64,000 nucleotides of DNA from a candidate division FCPU426 bacterium (lineage in GTDB: Bacteria > Oederibacteriota > JAAXVQ01 > JAUVAV01), in NCBI GenBank assembly GCA_040756875.1, contig JBFLYH010000001.1, forward strand, positions 1,052,778-1,116,777, read 5' to 3'. The notes below the pieces were generated by a model that had not been told where the DNA came from, did not search any database, and was given only the letters and a program-made list of their open reading frames with translations. Every line of letters starts with the position of its first letter. The stretch's first letter is position 1. Positions 33,009-42,287 of this stretch are shown here, piece by piece. A program made the translations under genes and the position numbers.

Positions 33009-35501
33009 TTATCCCGCCAATGCCCGCTGTTCTTTTTCCAAGTACAGCGAGGCGTAAATCCGGCGCAATGCCGCGTGCTCCGGCCGGCTGAGCTCAGGGT
33101 CCGCTTCCAGGATGCCGCCGGCTGCCTGGCGCGCGGCTTCGATCTGGTCTGCGTCGCGGATCAAATGTGCGAGCTTGAGATCCGGCAGGCCGTGCTGCCT
33201 GAGCCCGAAGAACTCGCCCGGCCCGCGCAGGGCCAGATCCTCCTCGGCCAGCTTGAAGCCGTCGCGCACTTGGCTCATAACTTCGAGCCGGCGCTTCCCC
33301 TCTTCGGTGGTGGGCTCGCCGATCAGGAAACACTGTGCCGGTTTCGAACTCCGGCCCACCCTTCCGCGCAACTGGTGCAGGCTGGCCAGGCCGAACCGCT
33401 CCGCGTTCTCGATGATCATGACCGTGGCATTGGGAATGTCCACGCCCACTTCCACCACAGTGGTCGCGGCCAGGATCTGGGTGCGGCCGGCCGCGAACTC
33501 GGCCATGATGCGCTCCTTGTCCGGAGTCGGCAGCCGGCCGTGCAGCAACCCCAGGCGGCAGTCAGGAAAGACGCGTTCCAGGCGCTGGTATTCAGTGGCC
33601 AGGGCTTTCAAGTCCAGCTTCTCGGATTCCTCGATCGCCGGGAACACCACGAAGCCCTGCTGCCCCGCGGCTACGGCCTGGGCCAGTTGCTCGTAGGCCT
33701 TGCGGCCGGCCGAGCGCCGCAGCCATTCCGTGTGCACGGGGATGCGGCCGGGCGGAAGCTCGTCGAGCACGCTCACGTCCAGGTCGCCGTACACGGTCAA
33801 GGCCAGGGTCCGGGGGATGGGCGTGGCCGTCATGACCAGCACGTGCGGATGCTCGCCCTTGGCGCGCAACAGGCTCCGCTGCTCCACGCCGAAACGGTGC
33901 TGTTCGTCCACCACGGCCAGCCCCAGGTCGCTGAATTCGACGCCGGCCTGCGTCAGCGCGTGCGTGCCCACGGCCAGGTGGATCCGGCCCGAGGCCAGGT
34001 CCGCGCGCAAGCCGGCTTTGGCCTTGGCCGGCAGGCCCGAGGTGAACAATTCCAGGCGCAGGCCCAGCGGTTCCAGCAGGGGCTTCAGATTCAGGTAATG
34101 CTGGCCGGCCAGGATTTCCGTGGGCGCCATGAGCGCAGCCTGCCGGCCGCTGTCCGCCGCGGCCAGCATGGCCAGGGCGGCCACGATGGTCTTGCCCGAG
34201 CCCACGTCGCCCTGCAGCAGCCGGTGCATGGGCCGCGCCAGCCCGAGATCGCGGCAGATTTCCTGCGTGGCCCGTTCCTGGGCCGTGGTCAGGGCAAACG
34301 GCAGGTTCTGCCGGAAGCGCGCGGCCAGCGGCCCGTTGACCTGCAGGGGCTGGCTGTGCTGGTGCTGGTAGCGGCGCTTCAGCCGGACCACGGCGATCTG
34401 CTGCAGAAACAGCTCCTCGAACACCAGCCGGGCCCGGGCCCGGGCCAGCGAGTCCTGGTCCGGCGGGAAGTGGATGCTGCGCAGCGCCTGCGCGGCCGGG
34501 GCAAAACTTTTTTCCGCGGTCAGCGCGGGCGGCAGGGGGTCGGGCCAATCGTCCGGGATCTGCCCGACCAAGGCGTGCACCAGGCTTCTCACCACGCGCT
34601 GGGAGAGCCGCTCAGTCAGCGGGTAGATGGGCACGATCCGTCCCGTGTGGATCGACTCCTCGGTTTCATCCTCCAGGATTTCATAGTCTGGATTCAGGAC
34701 CTGCCAGGACCGATGAAACTCCACCTTGCCATAGGCCAGCACGCGCTGCCCGTTTTGGAAGCGCTCCATGAGATACGGCTGGTTGAACCACGTGGCCGCG
34801 ATGTGGCCGGTGCCGTCCTCGAGTACCACTTTGGTGATTTTCAGGCCGCGCCGGACCGTGAATGTCTGGCGGGCTTTGACCCTGCCGTCCACCAAAGCCG
34901 TCTGGCCGTGGCGCAGGATCGCGATCTTGGCCGGAGAACGGCGGTCCTGCCAGTCCCGGGGATAGTGCCGCAGCAGGTCCTCGGCCGTGTGCACGCCCAG
35001 GTTGGCGAACAGTTTCGCCCGCTGCGGGCCCACGCCTTTGATATATTGCACCGGGTCCTGCCACTGGAACCCCCCGGCGACCGAAGGTGCCGGGGTACCA
35101 CTCCTGCCATGCGCTTTCCGCATGGCAGGCGGCGACATCCCCGCAGCAGGAGATTCACATTTATCACTCCTGCGAAGGGGAACGATGGGCCGGGCCGGGG
35201 CTGCCGGAGCCGCGGCTGGCGTGGCCTTGGGTTCCGGGGCTTTCGGACCGGCCAGCCGGCTCCAGACTTCGGCCACGAGCCGTTCCCGCTGGTCGGACCG
35301 GGCTTCGGCGTACGCCTCCAGCCCCTCCAGCAGGCGACCGGCTTCGGCGGCCGTCAGCCCGGCCTGGGCCATCAGCTTGTCCCGCACCTGCGGCAGCCAG
35401 CGCTTCATGCCGCCGGCCACGGCCGTGTCCAGGAACCCCAGCCGTTGCTCCAGTTCCAGCGGCTTCAGCAGCCAGCGGACCGCTTCCTGATTGGGTTTCA
35501 T
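33009..35501 (-). CDS. recG: ATP-dependent DNA helicase RecG
   Basis: KGVGP, wedge domain, QGDVGSGKT, DEQHRFGV, MTATPIPRTL, QLRGRVGR, DLALRGPGE. Confidence 0.97.
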   Translation of the reverse strand: MKPNQEAVRWLLKPLELEQRLGFLDTAVAGGMKRWLPQVRDKLMAQAGLTAAEAGRLLEGLEAYAEARSDQRERLVAEVWSRLAGPKAPEPKATPAAAPAAPARPIVPLRRSDKCESPAAGMSPPAMRKAHGRSGTPAPSVAGGFQWQDPVQYIKGVGPQRAKLFANLGVHTAEDLLRHYPRDWQDRRSPAKIAILRHGQTALVDGRVKARQTFTVRRGLKITKVVLEDGTGHIAATWFNQPYLMERFQNGQRVLAYGKVEFHRSWQVLNPDYEILEDETEESIHTGRIVPIYPLTERLSQRVVRSLVHALVGQIPDDWPDPLPPALTAEKSFAPAAQALRSIHFPPDQDSLARARARLVFEELFLQQIAVVRLKRRYQHQHSQPLQVNGPLAARFRQNLPFALTTAQERATQEICRDLGLARPMHRLLQGDVGSGKTIVAALAMLAAADSGRQAALMAPTEILAGQHYLNLKPLLEPLGLRLELFTSGLPAKAKAGLRADLASGRIHLAVGTHALTQAGVEFSDLGLAVVDEQHRFGVEQRSLLRAKGEHPHVLVMTATPIPRTLALTVYGDLDVSVLDELPPGRIPVHTEWLRRSAGRKAYEQLAQAVAAGQQGFVVFPAIEESEKLDLKALATEYQRLERVFPDCRLGLLHGRLPTPDKERIMAEFAAGRTQILAATTVVEVGVDIPNATVMIIENAERFGLASLHQLRGRVGRSSKPAQCFLIGEPTTEEGKRRLEVMSQVRDGFKLAEEDLALRGPGEFFGLRQHGLPDLKLAHLIRDADQIEAARQAAGGILEADPELSRPEHAALRRIYASLYLEKEQRALAG
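35064..35184 (-). repeat. Multi-hairpin palindromic element inserted in frame in recG
   Basis: Three hairpins (incl. perfect CCTGCCATGCG/CGCATGGCAGG); shares ordered blocks with 46809-47046. Confidence 0.75.
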
Positions 35502-35508
35502 TTTTCGC

Positions 35509-35537
35509 TTGTCAAGCTCCCGGGCTCGTGATAGATT
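35509..35537 (+). promoter_or_regulatory. rpmB promoter
   Basis: TTGTCA-17 nt-TAGATT with extended TG. Confidence 0.6.
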
Positions 35538-35572
35538 CAACCCCTACTTTTTTTTTAAAAAGGAGATCGACC

Positions 35573-35767
35573 ATGGCTGTTAAATGCGCCATCTGCCAGA
35601 AATCGTCCAAGAGCGGGTTCCAGGTGTCCCACTCCATGCGCCATACCCACCGGCGCTGGGAACCGAACCTGCAGAGCGTGCGCGCCGAGATCAACGGCAC
35701 CGTGCGCCGCGTGCGGGTCTGCACCCGCTGCCTGCGCTCCAACAAGGTCAAAAAAGTCGCTTCGTAA
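35573..35767 (+). CDS. rpmB: 50S ribosomal protein L28 (Zn-ribbon, CxxC...CxxC form)
   Basis: AAGGAG RBS; MAVKCAICQK...VSHSMRHTHRRWEPNLQ...VCTRCLRS. Confidence 0.96.
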   Translation: MAVKCAICQKSSKSGFQVSHSMRHTHRRWEPNLQSVRAEINGTVRRVRVCTRCLRSNKVKKVAS

Positions 35768-35784
35768 CCGCCGGCGCTTTTTCC

Positions 35785-35821
35785 AAACCCCGGGAATCCC
35801 CTTCCCGGGGTTTTTCTTTTT
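35785..35821 (+). terminator. Rho-independent terminator after rpmB
   Basis: AAACCCCGGGAA/TTCCCGGGGTTT stem followed by a T-tract. Confidence 0.85.
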
Positions 35822-35830
35822 ATAACACCC

Positions 35831-36066
35831 ACCACGAAGGCACGAAGCTGACACGAAGGAACAGTAAAAACGTTCTTGGGTTAAAAGATTTTACCCCGGC
35901 CCTCTTCGTGCCTTCGCTCTTCCTTCGTGCCCTTCGTGGTCCGCTTTTAAAGTCCACCACGAAGGCACGAAGTTGACACGAAGGAATGCATAGAAGGTTC
36001 AGGGTTAAGGATTTAAACCCCGATATTCTTCGTGTGCTTCGTGGTCAGCTTCATGCCCTTCGTGGT
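35831..36066. repeat. Two tandem CACGAAG-family palindromic elements (35831-35940, 35956-36066)
   Basis: ACCACGAAGGCACGAAG...CTTCGTGCCCTTCGTGGT inverted arms with a central GGGTT...ACCC hairpin. Confidence 0.85.
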
Positions 36067-36449
36067 CAGTCTTTCCCCAGGTAAACCACTGCCTCGATTT
36101 CCACTTTGGCGCCGATGGGAAGGCCCGCCACCTGGACCGTGGCCCGCGCCGGGCGATGGCTGCCCATGAACTCCTGGTACACGCGGTTGAATTCGGGAAA
36201 ATCCGCCAGGTCGGTCAGGTAGACCGTCGCCTTGGCCACCTGCCCCAAGGTCGCGCCCGCGGCCGAGATCACGGCCTGCAGGTTGTGCAGCACGCGCCGG
36301 GTCTGGGCCTCAATGCCGCCCTCGACCCGCTTGTTGGTCTCGGGGTCCAGGGGCACCTGGCCTGAGCAGAACAGCCAGTCCCCGGTCCGTACAGCCTGGG
36401 CGTAAGGTCCCACGGGCTTGGGTGCATGCGGGCTTTCGATGTAGTCCAT
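36066..36449 (-). CDS. ridA: RidA/YjgF family enamine deaminase
   Basis: GPYAQA, SGQVP, PARATVQV, VEIEA; GGAGGT RBS. Confidence 0.92.
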   Translation of the reverse strand: MDYIESPHAPKPVGPYAQAVRTGDWLFCSGQVPLDPETNKRVEGGIEAQTRRVLHNLQAVISAAGATLGQVAKATVYLTDLADFPEFNRVYQEFMGSHRPARATVQVAGLPIGAKVEIEAVVYLGKD

Positions 36450-36493
36450 GCAAACACCTCCAGGAAAAGCTTTCACCTTCCTCCAATATCCGC

Positions 36494-36564
36494 GTCATTG
36501 TGAAGCAATCCCCATCAGGAGAAACATGTCGAGATTCCGTCGTCGCTTCGCTCCTCGGAATGAC
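36494..36564. repeat. GTCATT...AATGAC palindromic REP-like element
   Basis: GTCATTG..GAAGCAATC...GAGATTCCGTCGTCGCTTCGCTCCTCGGAATGAC between rel and ridA. Confidence 0.6.
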
Positions 36565-36599
36565 GACACAAAAAGAAACGCGTATCAATGATTCCTTGC

Positions 36600-38738
36600 C
36601 TACCGCCTGAACACCCGGTGTACGCCCTTGACCTTGTCCATCCGGCGCAACAGCTCCGCCAGGTCGGCCTGGCCTTTGAGTTCGATGGTGTAAACCCCCT
36701 CGAACAGACCCTGGCGGTTGGTGCGGGTGCTGCTTTCCTTGAGCCCGATTTCCAGGTCGTCCAGCACCTGCAACAGTTCGGTCTGCAGCTTCTCCCGGTC
36801 CCGCGCCACCACCTGGATCTGCAGGGTGTGGGCCGCGCCGCGCATTTCCTCCCAGGACACCTGGATGCGCCGCCCGGGCTCGGTGAACAGCGTTTGCGCG
36901 TTCGGGCAGTCCTGGCGGTGGATGGACACGCCCCGGCCCTGGGTGATGTAGCCGACAATGGGATCGCCGGGAATGGGATGGCAGCACTGCGCGAAGCGCA
37001 CCACCATGCCCGACAGGCCGTGTACGCGGATGCCGTCGTCCCCCGCAGGTTCGGGGCGCGCGGCTGGAACCGGGGCCGCGGGCGCAGGATGCTGGGCCGG
37101 CGCCTCGAGGCCGAGCCGGGCGGCCACGGTGCGGGGGGTCAGGTTGTTGTCGCCGACCTGCAGCAGCAGGTCGTCCACGCCGCGGAGGTTGAACTGTCGG
37201 GCCACTTCCAGCAGCCGGTCTTTCTTGAGCATTTCGTTGAAGCTGCTGCCGCAGCGCTCCAGTTCGGCCGAGAGCTCGGTCTTGCCCCGGCGGACCGTTT
37301 CCTCGCGCTCGGTCTGGCGGAAGTAATGCCGGATGCGGTTCTTGGCCTTGGTGGTCTTCACCAGGGTCAGCCAGTCGCGCGACGGCCGGGCGTCGCTGCG
37401 CGTGATCACCTCCACGATGTCACCGTTCTTCAATTCGTACTTCAGAGGCACCAGCCGGCCGTTGACCTTGGCGCCGGCCAGCGAGTCGCCCAGGCGGGAG
37501 TGGATCTGGTAGGCGAAGTCGATCGGAGTAGCCCCGCGCCGCAGGGCCTTGACCTCGCCCTTGGGCGTAAACACGAAGACCTCGTCCTCGAACAGGTCCA
37601 CTTTGAGCGCTTCCACGAATTCGCGCGAATCCCCGCCCAGTTCCTGCTGCCAGTCCAGGAATTGCCGGAACCAGGAGAGCTTGGACAGGTATTTTTCCGT
37701 GGCCGCCACGCCGGACTTGTAGGACCAGTGGGCCGCGATCCCGACTTCGGCCGTGCGGTGCATCTCTTCGGTGCGGATCTGGATTTCCAGGGGTTCGCCG
37801 GCCGGCCCGATGACCGTGGTGTGCAGCGACTGGTAGAGGTTGGAGCGCGGCACGGCGACGAAATCCTTGAACCGGCCGGGCATGGGTTTCCAGTGGGCGT
37901 GCACGATGCCCAGGGCGGCATAGCAGTCCTTCATTTCAGGCACGATCACGCGGATGGCCAGCAGGTCGTAAATCTGGTCCAGGGTCTTTTTCTGGAACTG
38001 CATTTTGTTCCAGATGCTGAATAGGTGCTTGCGCCGGCCGGTCACCTGTCCGGAAACGCCCGCCTCGGCCAGCCACTGCTCGATCTGGGTTTTGGCCTCG
38101 GCAATGGCCTGGCTGTGCTCCTGTTCGAACACCTTGAGTTCCGAATCCAGGGCGGCGTAGGCTTGCGGCTCCAGGTGGGACAAAGCCAGGTCCTCGAGCT
38201 CGTTTTTCATGCGCGCCATGCCGAGGCGGTGGGCCAGGGGCGCGTAGATTTCCATGGTTTCGCGGGCCAGCCGCAGGCGCTTGTCCTCGGGCAGGAACCC
38301 CAGGGTGCGCATGTTGTGCAGGCGGTCGGAAAGCTTGACCACCAGCACGCGGATGTCGCGGACCATGGCCAGCATGATCTTGCGCAGGTTCTCGGCCTTC
38401 TGCTCCTCGGAATCGCGGAACAGGCGCGTGCTGATTTTGGTCACGCCCTCGACCAGGTTGGCGACTTCGACGCCGAACTCGGCCTCGATCTGTTCGAACG
38501 TGGCGGGCGTGTCCTCCAGGCAGTCGTGCAGCAGGCCGGCCATAATGGCAGCCGGATCGGAATGCAGCTCGAGCAGGATGGCGGCCGTGGCCACACTGTG
38601 GGTCACGAAGGGCTCGCCGGACAGGCGCTTCTGGTCGCCGTGTTCGCGCTCGGAAAACCGGTACGCCCGTTCCAGGCGCTCCAGGTCCGCCGGCTGGAAC
38701 ACCTCGACCAGTTTGGGTTTCAGTTCAGTCCACAGCAT
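36600..38738 (-). CDS. rel: Bifunctional (p)ppGpp synthetase/hydrolase Rel (RelA/SpoT homolog)
   Basis: Intact HD (LLHDCLED), DRLHNMRT, synthetase YQSLHT/EIQIRT, TGS, CC and ACT domains. Confidence 0.96.
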   Translation of the reverse strand: MLWTELKPKLVEVFQPADLERLERAYRFSEREHGDQKRLSGEPFVTHSVATAAILLELHSDPAAIMAGLLHDCLEDTPATFEQIEAEFGVEVANLVEGVTKISTRLFRDSEEQKAENLRKIMLAMVRDIRVLVVKLSDRLHNMRTLGFLPEDKRLRLARETMEIYAPLAHRLGMARMKNELEDLALSHLEPQAYAALDSELKVFEQEHSQAIAEAKTQIEQWLAEAGVSGQVTGRRKHLFSIWNKMQFQKKTLDQIYDLLAIRVIVPEMKDCYAALGIVHAHWKPMPGRFKDFVAVPRSNLYQSLHTTVIGPAGEPLEIQIRTEEMHRTAEVGIAAHWSYKSGVAATEKYLSKLSWFRQFLDWQQELGGDSREFVEALKVDLFEDEVFVFTPKGEVKALRRGATPIDFAYQIHSRLGDSLAGAKVNGRLVPLKYELKNGDIVEVITRSDARPSRDWLTLVKTTKAKNRIRHYFRQTEREETVRRGKTELSAELERCGSSFNEMLKKDRLLEVARQFNLRGVDDLLLQVGDNNLTPRTVAARLGLEAPAQHPAPAAPVPAARPEPAGDDGIRVHGLSGMVVRFAQCCHPIPGDPIVGYITQGRGVSIHRQDCPNAQTLFTEPGRRIQVSWEEMRGAAHTLQIQVVARDREKLQTELLQVLDDLEIGLKESSTRTNRQGLFEGVYTIELKGQADLAELLRRMDKVKGVHRVFRR

Positions 38739-39405
38739 GGAGCCCCCGCTGCGCTTCTTCGCGCAGGCGGTTCAAATCCGCCTGCAGGCGGCTGTTCCAC
38801 TGCTCTACTTCGGCTTCGGTCATCCGGCTGGGAATGTGCAGGGGTTCCCCGAACACGATCACCGCGCGCGAAAAGGGTTTGGGGATTTCGAAGCGGTCCC
38901 AGCTTTTAAGGCGCCAGGGGTTGGACGACGCGCAGCCGTACGGCACCACGGCTTCCTGGGTCAGCGCGCCCAGGAAGACCGCTCCCGGCTGGGCCACGTA
39001 GACCGGGCCGCGGGGCCCGTCCGGCGTGATGGCCGCGTGATAGCCGGCGCGCAATTCGCGCGCCAGGCCGCGCAGGGCGTTCACCTTGCCGCTGCTGGTC
39101 GAGGACCGCACGGTCTTGAAGCCGAAATACTCGAGCGCCCGGGCGATGTACTCCCCGTCCCGCGACCGCGACACCAGCACGCGGATGCCGAAGTTGCGGA
39201 AAAACACCATGGACAGGATTTGCTGGTTGTGCCAAAAAGCGTAAATGAATTTTTCCTTGGGCCTGGCTTGCGGCGCCACCTTGTGCGGGTCCACCAGGCG
39301 CACCCGCCAGGTCAGGCCCATGAGGCGCAGTACGAACGCGGCCACGGGGATCAGGGCCAGGGCCAGACGGTGTTTGAAAGGGAGAGGTGCGTCCGTAGTT
39401 TCCAA
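38725..39405 (-). CDS. DUF374 / lysophospholipid acyltransferase family protein
   Basis: AFWH, SRSRDGE, ITPDGPRGP, SWDRFEIPKPF. Confidence 0.88.
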   Translation of the reverse strand: METTDAPLPFKHRLALALIPVAAFVLRLMGLTWRVRLVDPHKVAPQARPKEKFIYAFWHNQQILSMVFFRNFGIRVLVSRSRDGEYIARALEYFGFKTVRSSTSSGKVNALRGLARELRAGYHAAITPDGPRGPVYVAQPGAVFLGALTQEAVVPYGCASSNPWRLKSWDRFEIPKPFSRAVIVFGEPLHIPSRMTEAEVEQWNSRLQADLNRLREEAQRGLHAVD

Positions 39406-39415
39406 AAGTGTGCTC

Positions 39416-39787
39416 CTATAATATATCCCTCTCCCTTTTCAAAGGGAGAGGGGAGGGTGAGGGATCACAGATATATTCACTTAGTCTTTGTAATACGCCT
39501 TCAATGTTGTTTTGTATATCGTTGTTCCAGAAACGGATAATCTTGTATCCTTGAAGTTCAAGATAACGAGACCATTCCTGGTCTTGCTTTTCATTCATTG
39601 CATGCTGACCGCCATCCAGTTCGACGACCAGATGTTTCTCCGCGCAATAAAAGTCAACCACATACGGGCCAATAGGGTGTTGCCTTCTGAATTTCAGGCC
39701 ACCAAAACGCCGGTCCTTTAGGGAATACCACAGCTTCCTTTCGACATCCGTCATATTTTCACGAAGCTGTTTGCGGAAGTCTTTCAC
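39416..39787 (-). CDS. DUF559 (Vsr-like) endonuclease domain protein; start uncertain (39787 or 39847)
   Basis: LRENMTDVERKLW, KFRRQHPIGPYVVDFYC, VELDGGQH, IRFWN; AT-rich relative to its neighbours. Confidence 0.9.
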   Translation of the reverse strand: MKDFRKQLRENMTDVERKLWYSLKDRRFGGLKFRRQHPIGPYVVDFYCAEKHLVVELDGGQHAMNEKQDQEWSRYLELQGYKIIRFWNNDIQNNIEGVLQRLSEYICDPSPSPLPLKRERDIL

Positions 39788-39836
39788 TTCGGGACCCCTC
39801 ACCCCCGCCCTCTCCCCGCTCGCGCGGGGCGAGGGG
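39427..39836. mobile_element. Putative DUF559 cassette bounded by inverted CCCTCTCCC-hairpin repeats
   Basis: 39427-39463 and 39795-39836 are the same hairpin+GGGTGAGGG motif in opposite orientation. Confidence 0.55.
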
Positions 39837-39864
39837 TAGTATTTTACAGTGTTTCCATTTCTAC

Positions 39865-40383
39865 TTACGTCAATATCGCCCTTTCGAGCTGCAGCAGGCG
39901 GCTTTTCAGCTCCGCACCGCCGGAGAACCCGCCCAGCTTGCCCCGCGCGGCGGTCACGCGGTGGCACGGCACCAGCAGGGGCAGCGGGTTCGCGTGCAGG
40001 GCCTGCCCCACGGCCCGCCGCGCGTCCGGGTCGCCCAGCATACCGGCCACCCAGCCGTAGGTTTCGGTGCGGCCGTAGGGTATGGTCCGCGCCACGCCCC
40101 AGACCTGGCGTTGAAACGGCGTGGCCGTGTAAAAATCCAGTTTGAAATCCCAGGCCACGGCCCGCCCCTGGAAATACTCGCGCAGACGCAGCGCCAGGCG
40201 TTTCAGTTCCGGGTCCTTGGGTTCGGGCGCCAGCTTGACTTCGCCCGCTTCCTGAGCCAGGGCTTGAAAAGCCTGGTCCTTGTCCGCTTTAGGCAGGATC
40301 AGATAACGGAGGCCCAGGCGGCCTGCCGCCGCAGCCGCGAACCCCCACTCGGTTTCGATGATGTTGAACTTCAGCTTTTCCAT
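39865..40383 (-). CDS. ogt: Methylated-DNA-protein-cysteine methyltransferase
   Basis: FQRQVW, IPYG, RAVG, NPLPLLVPCHRV. Confidence 0.94.
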   Translation of the reverse strand: MEKLKFNIIETEWGFAAAAAGRLGLRYLILPKADKDQAFQALAQEAGEVKLAPEPKDPELKRLALRLREYFQGRAVAWDFKLDFYTATPFQRQVWGVARTIPYGRTETYGWVAGMLGDPDARRAVGQALHANPLPLLVPCHRVTAARGKLGGFSGGAELKSRLLQLERAILT

Positions 40384-40403
40384 CTCAACCTCAATAAATT
40401 CGG

Positions 40404-40515
40404 ATCACGAAGCACACGAATGAATAATGAATAATGAATAAGGTTCAGGGTTGAAGTCTTTAACCCAAGCCCATCCTTCTTCGTGCCTTCGCTTTTTCTT
40501 CGTGCCCTTCGTGGT
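40404..40515. repeat. CACGAAG-family palindromic element
   Basis: Same arms and central hairpin as 35831-35940; contains (ATGAATA)x3. Confidence 0.8.
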
Positions 40516-40522
40516 CAATCTT

Positions 40523-42133
40523 TTACTCTATCCACGGTTCGTTGGTTCCTCCCAGGCCGACTTTGCTCTTGATCAGGTTCCACACCCGCTGCTGCTCAGG
40601 CACCTTGAAAAACCAGGCGAAGGCCAGGTAAGCAAAGGCTCCGAAGAAAATCAACCCGAAAACCTTGAGCGCCAGTTCGCTGCGCGGCAATCCGGCGCCG
40701 GCCAGCGGCAGCCAGCCGCGGCTGCCGGACCACACTAAAAATCCCATGGCCCCGGCGGCCAGGCACACGCGCGCCAGGGACCCTATAATCCGGCGGCCGT
40801 CGAGCCGGCCCACCCGCTTGCGCAGGCGCCAGAGCAGATAGCTGAAATTGACGAATGCCGACAGGGCCGTGGCCAGGGCCAGTCCCTTGAACCCCAGCGG
40901 CCCCATGAGCGCCAGGTTCAGGACGATGTTGACCGCCACGGCCATCACCGCGGCGGTCACCGGCACGCGCGCTTCGTCCAGCGCGTAGAAAGTCGGCACC
41001 ACCACTTTGACGCCGGCATAGGCCACCAGGCCCAGCGTGTAGATGACCGAGGCCTGGGCCACGGCCACCACGGCCTCGGGCGTGAAGCGCCCGTATTCAA
41101 ACAGCAGGCGGTTGATGGGTTCGGAGAGCACGCACAACCCGACCGCAGCCGGGATCGTGATCAAAAACAAAAGACGCAACCCGAACGACAGGGTTTCAAT
41201 GAAGCGCTCCTGTTCCCCCTGGGCCAGGTGCTTCGAGGTCACGGGCAGGAGGGCCGTGGCAATGGCCACGCCGAACACGCCCAGGGGCAGCTGCATCAGG
41301 CGGTTGCCGTAATAAAGGTACGTCACCGCGCCCTGGGGCAGGAACGAGGCGATCAGCGTGTTGATGAAGAGGTTGACCTGCGTCACCGACAAGCCGGCCA
41401 CGGCCGGCAGCATGAGCTTCACGATCCTGCGCAGGCCGGGGTCGCGCCAGTCGAACAGCGGCTGCCAGCGGAACCCGGCCTTGAGCACGAAGGGCACCTG
41501 GATCGCCATCTGCAACAGGCCGCCGGCCAGGGCGCCCCAGGCCCAGCCCATGACCTGCTCCTCGGGCCGGTCGCCGAACAGCGGGCAGATAAAAATTCCG
41601 GCCGCGATCATGGCCAGGTTGAGCATGACCGGCGCGAAAGCCGGCGGGCCGAACTGTTCGCGGGAATTCAGGATGCCCATCAAGACCGCAGCCAGGCTGA
41701 TGAATCCCAGGAACGGCAGCAGGATGCGCGTCAGCCGCACGGTCAGCTCCATTTTTTCCGGGATCGCGGAGAAGCCGGGCACGATCGCGCGCACCAAGCC
41801 AGGCGCGCCCCATTCGCCCAGCAGCACCAGGGCCAGCATTACGACCGCGACGGCGTTGATGACCACGGACGCCAGGCGCCAGGCCCGCTCCTGGCCCTCC
41901 CTGACCGCCGTGGCCGTGAACGTAGGGATAAAGGCCGAGGACAAGGCGCCTTCGGCGAACAGGTCGCGCAGGAGATTGGGAATGCGGAAGGCCGCGAGAT
42001 AGGCGTCGTTGGCCAGCCCGGCGCCGAGCAGGGCACCGCCCAGCCCGTCCCGGATGTACCCGAAGATCCGGGACACCATGGTCAGACCCGAAACCAGCCC
42101 TGCGGTTTTCGCCACTTGCCGGGATTGGGACAC
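40523..42133 (-). CDS. murJ: Lipid II flippase MurJ
   Basis: SRIFGYIRD, AFRIPNLLRDLFAEGA, NRLMQLPLG; GTG start after AAGAGG. Confidence 0.96.
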   Translation of the reverse strand: MSQSRQVAKTAGLVSGLTMVSRIFGYIRDGLGGALLGAGLANDAYLAAFRIPNLLRDLFAEGALSSAFIPTFTATAVREGQERAWRLASVVINAVAVVMLALVLLGEWGAPGLVRAIVPGFSAIPEKMELTVRLTRILLPFLGFISLAAVLMGILNSREQFGPPAFAPVMLNLAMIAAGIFICPLFGDRPEEQVMGWAWGALAGGLLQMAIQVPFVLKAGFRWQPLFDWRDPGLRRIVKLMLPAVAGLSVTQVNLFINTLIASFLPQGAVTYLYYGNRLMQLPLGVFGVAIATALLPVTSKHLAQGEQERFIETLSFGLRLLFLITIPAAVGLCVLSEPINRLLFEYGRFTPEAVVAVAQASVIYTLGLVAYAGVKVVVPTFYALDEARVPVTAAVMAVAVNIVLNLALMGPLGFKGLALATALSAFVNFSYLLWRLRKRVGRLDGRRIIGSLARVCLAAGAMGFLVWSGSRGWLPLAGAGLPRSELALKVFGLIFFGAFAYLAFAWFFKVPEQQRVWNLIKSKVGLGGTNEPWIE

Positions 42134-42211
42134 GAAACGCCTCTTTATTCCAAAATAATCCCCCTCCCTTGATGGGAGGGTGACACCAAACATTCACCTG
42201 CCTGAATTCAT

Positions 42212-42240
42212 TTGACAAGCCCGGGCGGAGGTGATAGATT
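42212..42240 (+). promoter_or_regulatory. rpsT promoter
   Basis: TTGACA-17 nt-TAGATT with extended TG. Confidence 0.7.
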
Positions 42241-42287
42241 AACCCGTTTTTTTATAGACTTTCAAATGCGAGGAGGGGCATGCTCCC

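Noticed and set aside
33075-35531. 818-aa plus-strand ORF
   Set aside because: Antisense shadow of recG
35087-35572. Long N-terminal extension of L28 in the ORF track
   Set aside because: Overlaps recG; promoter and RBS point to ATG 35573
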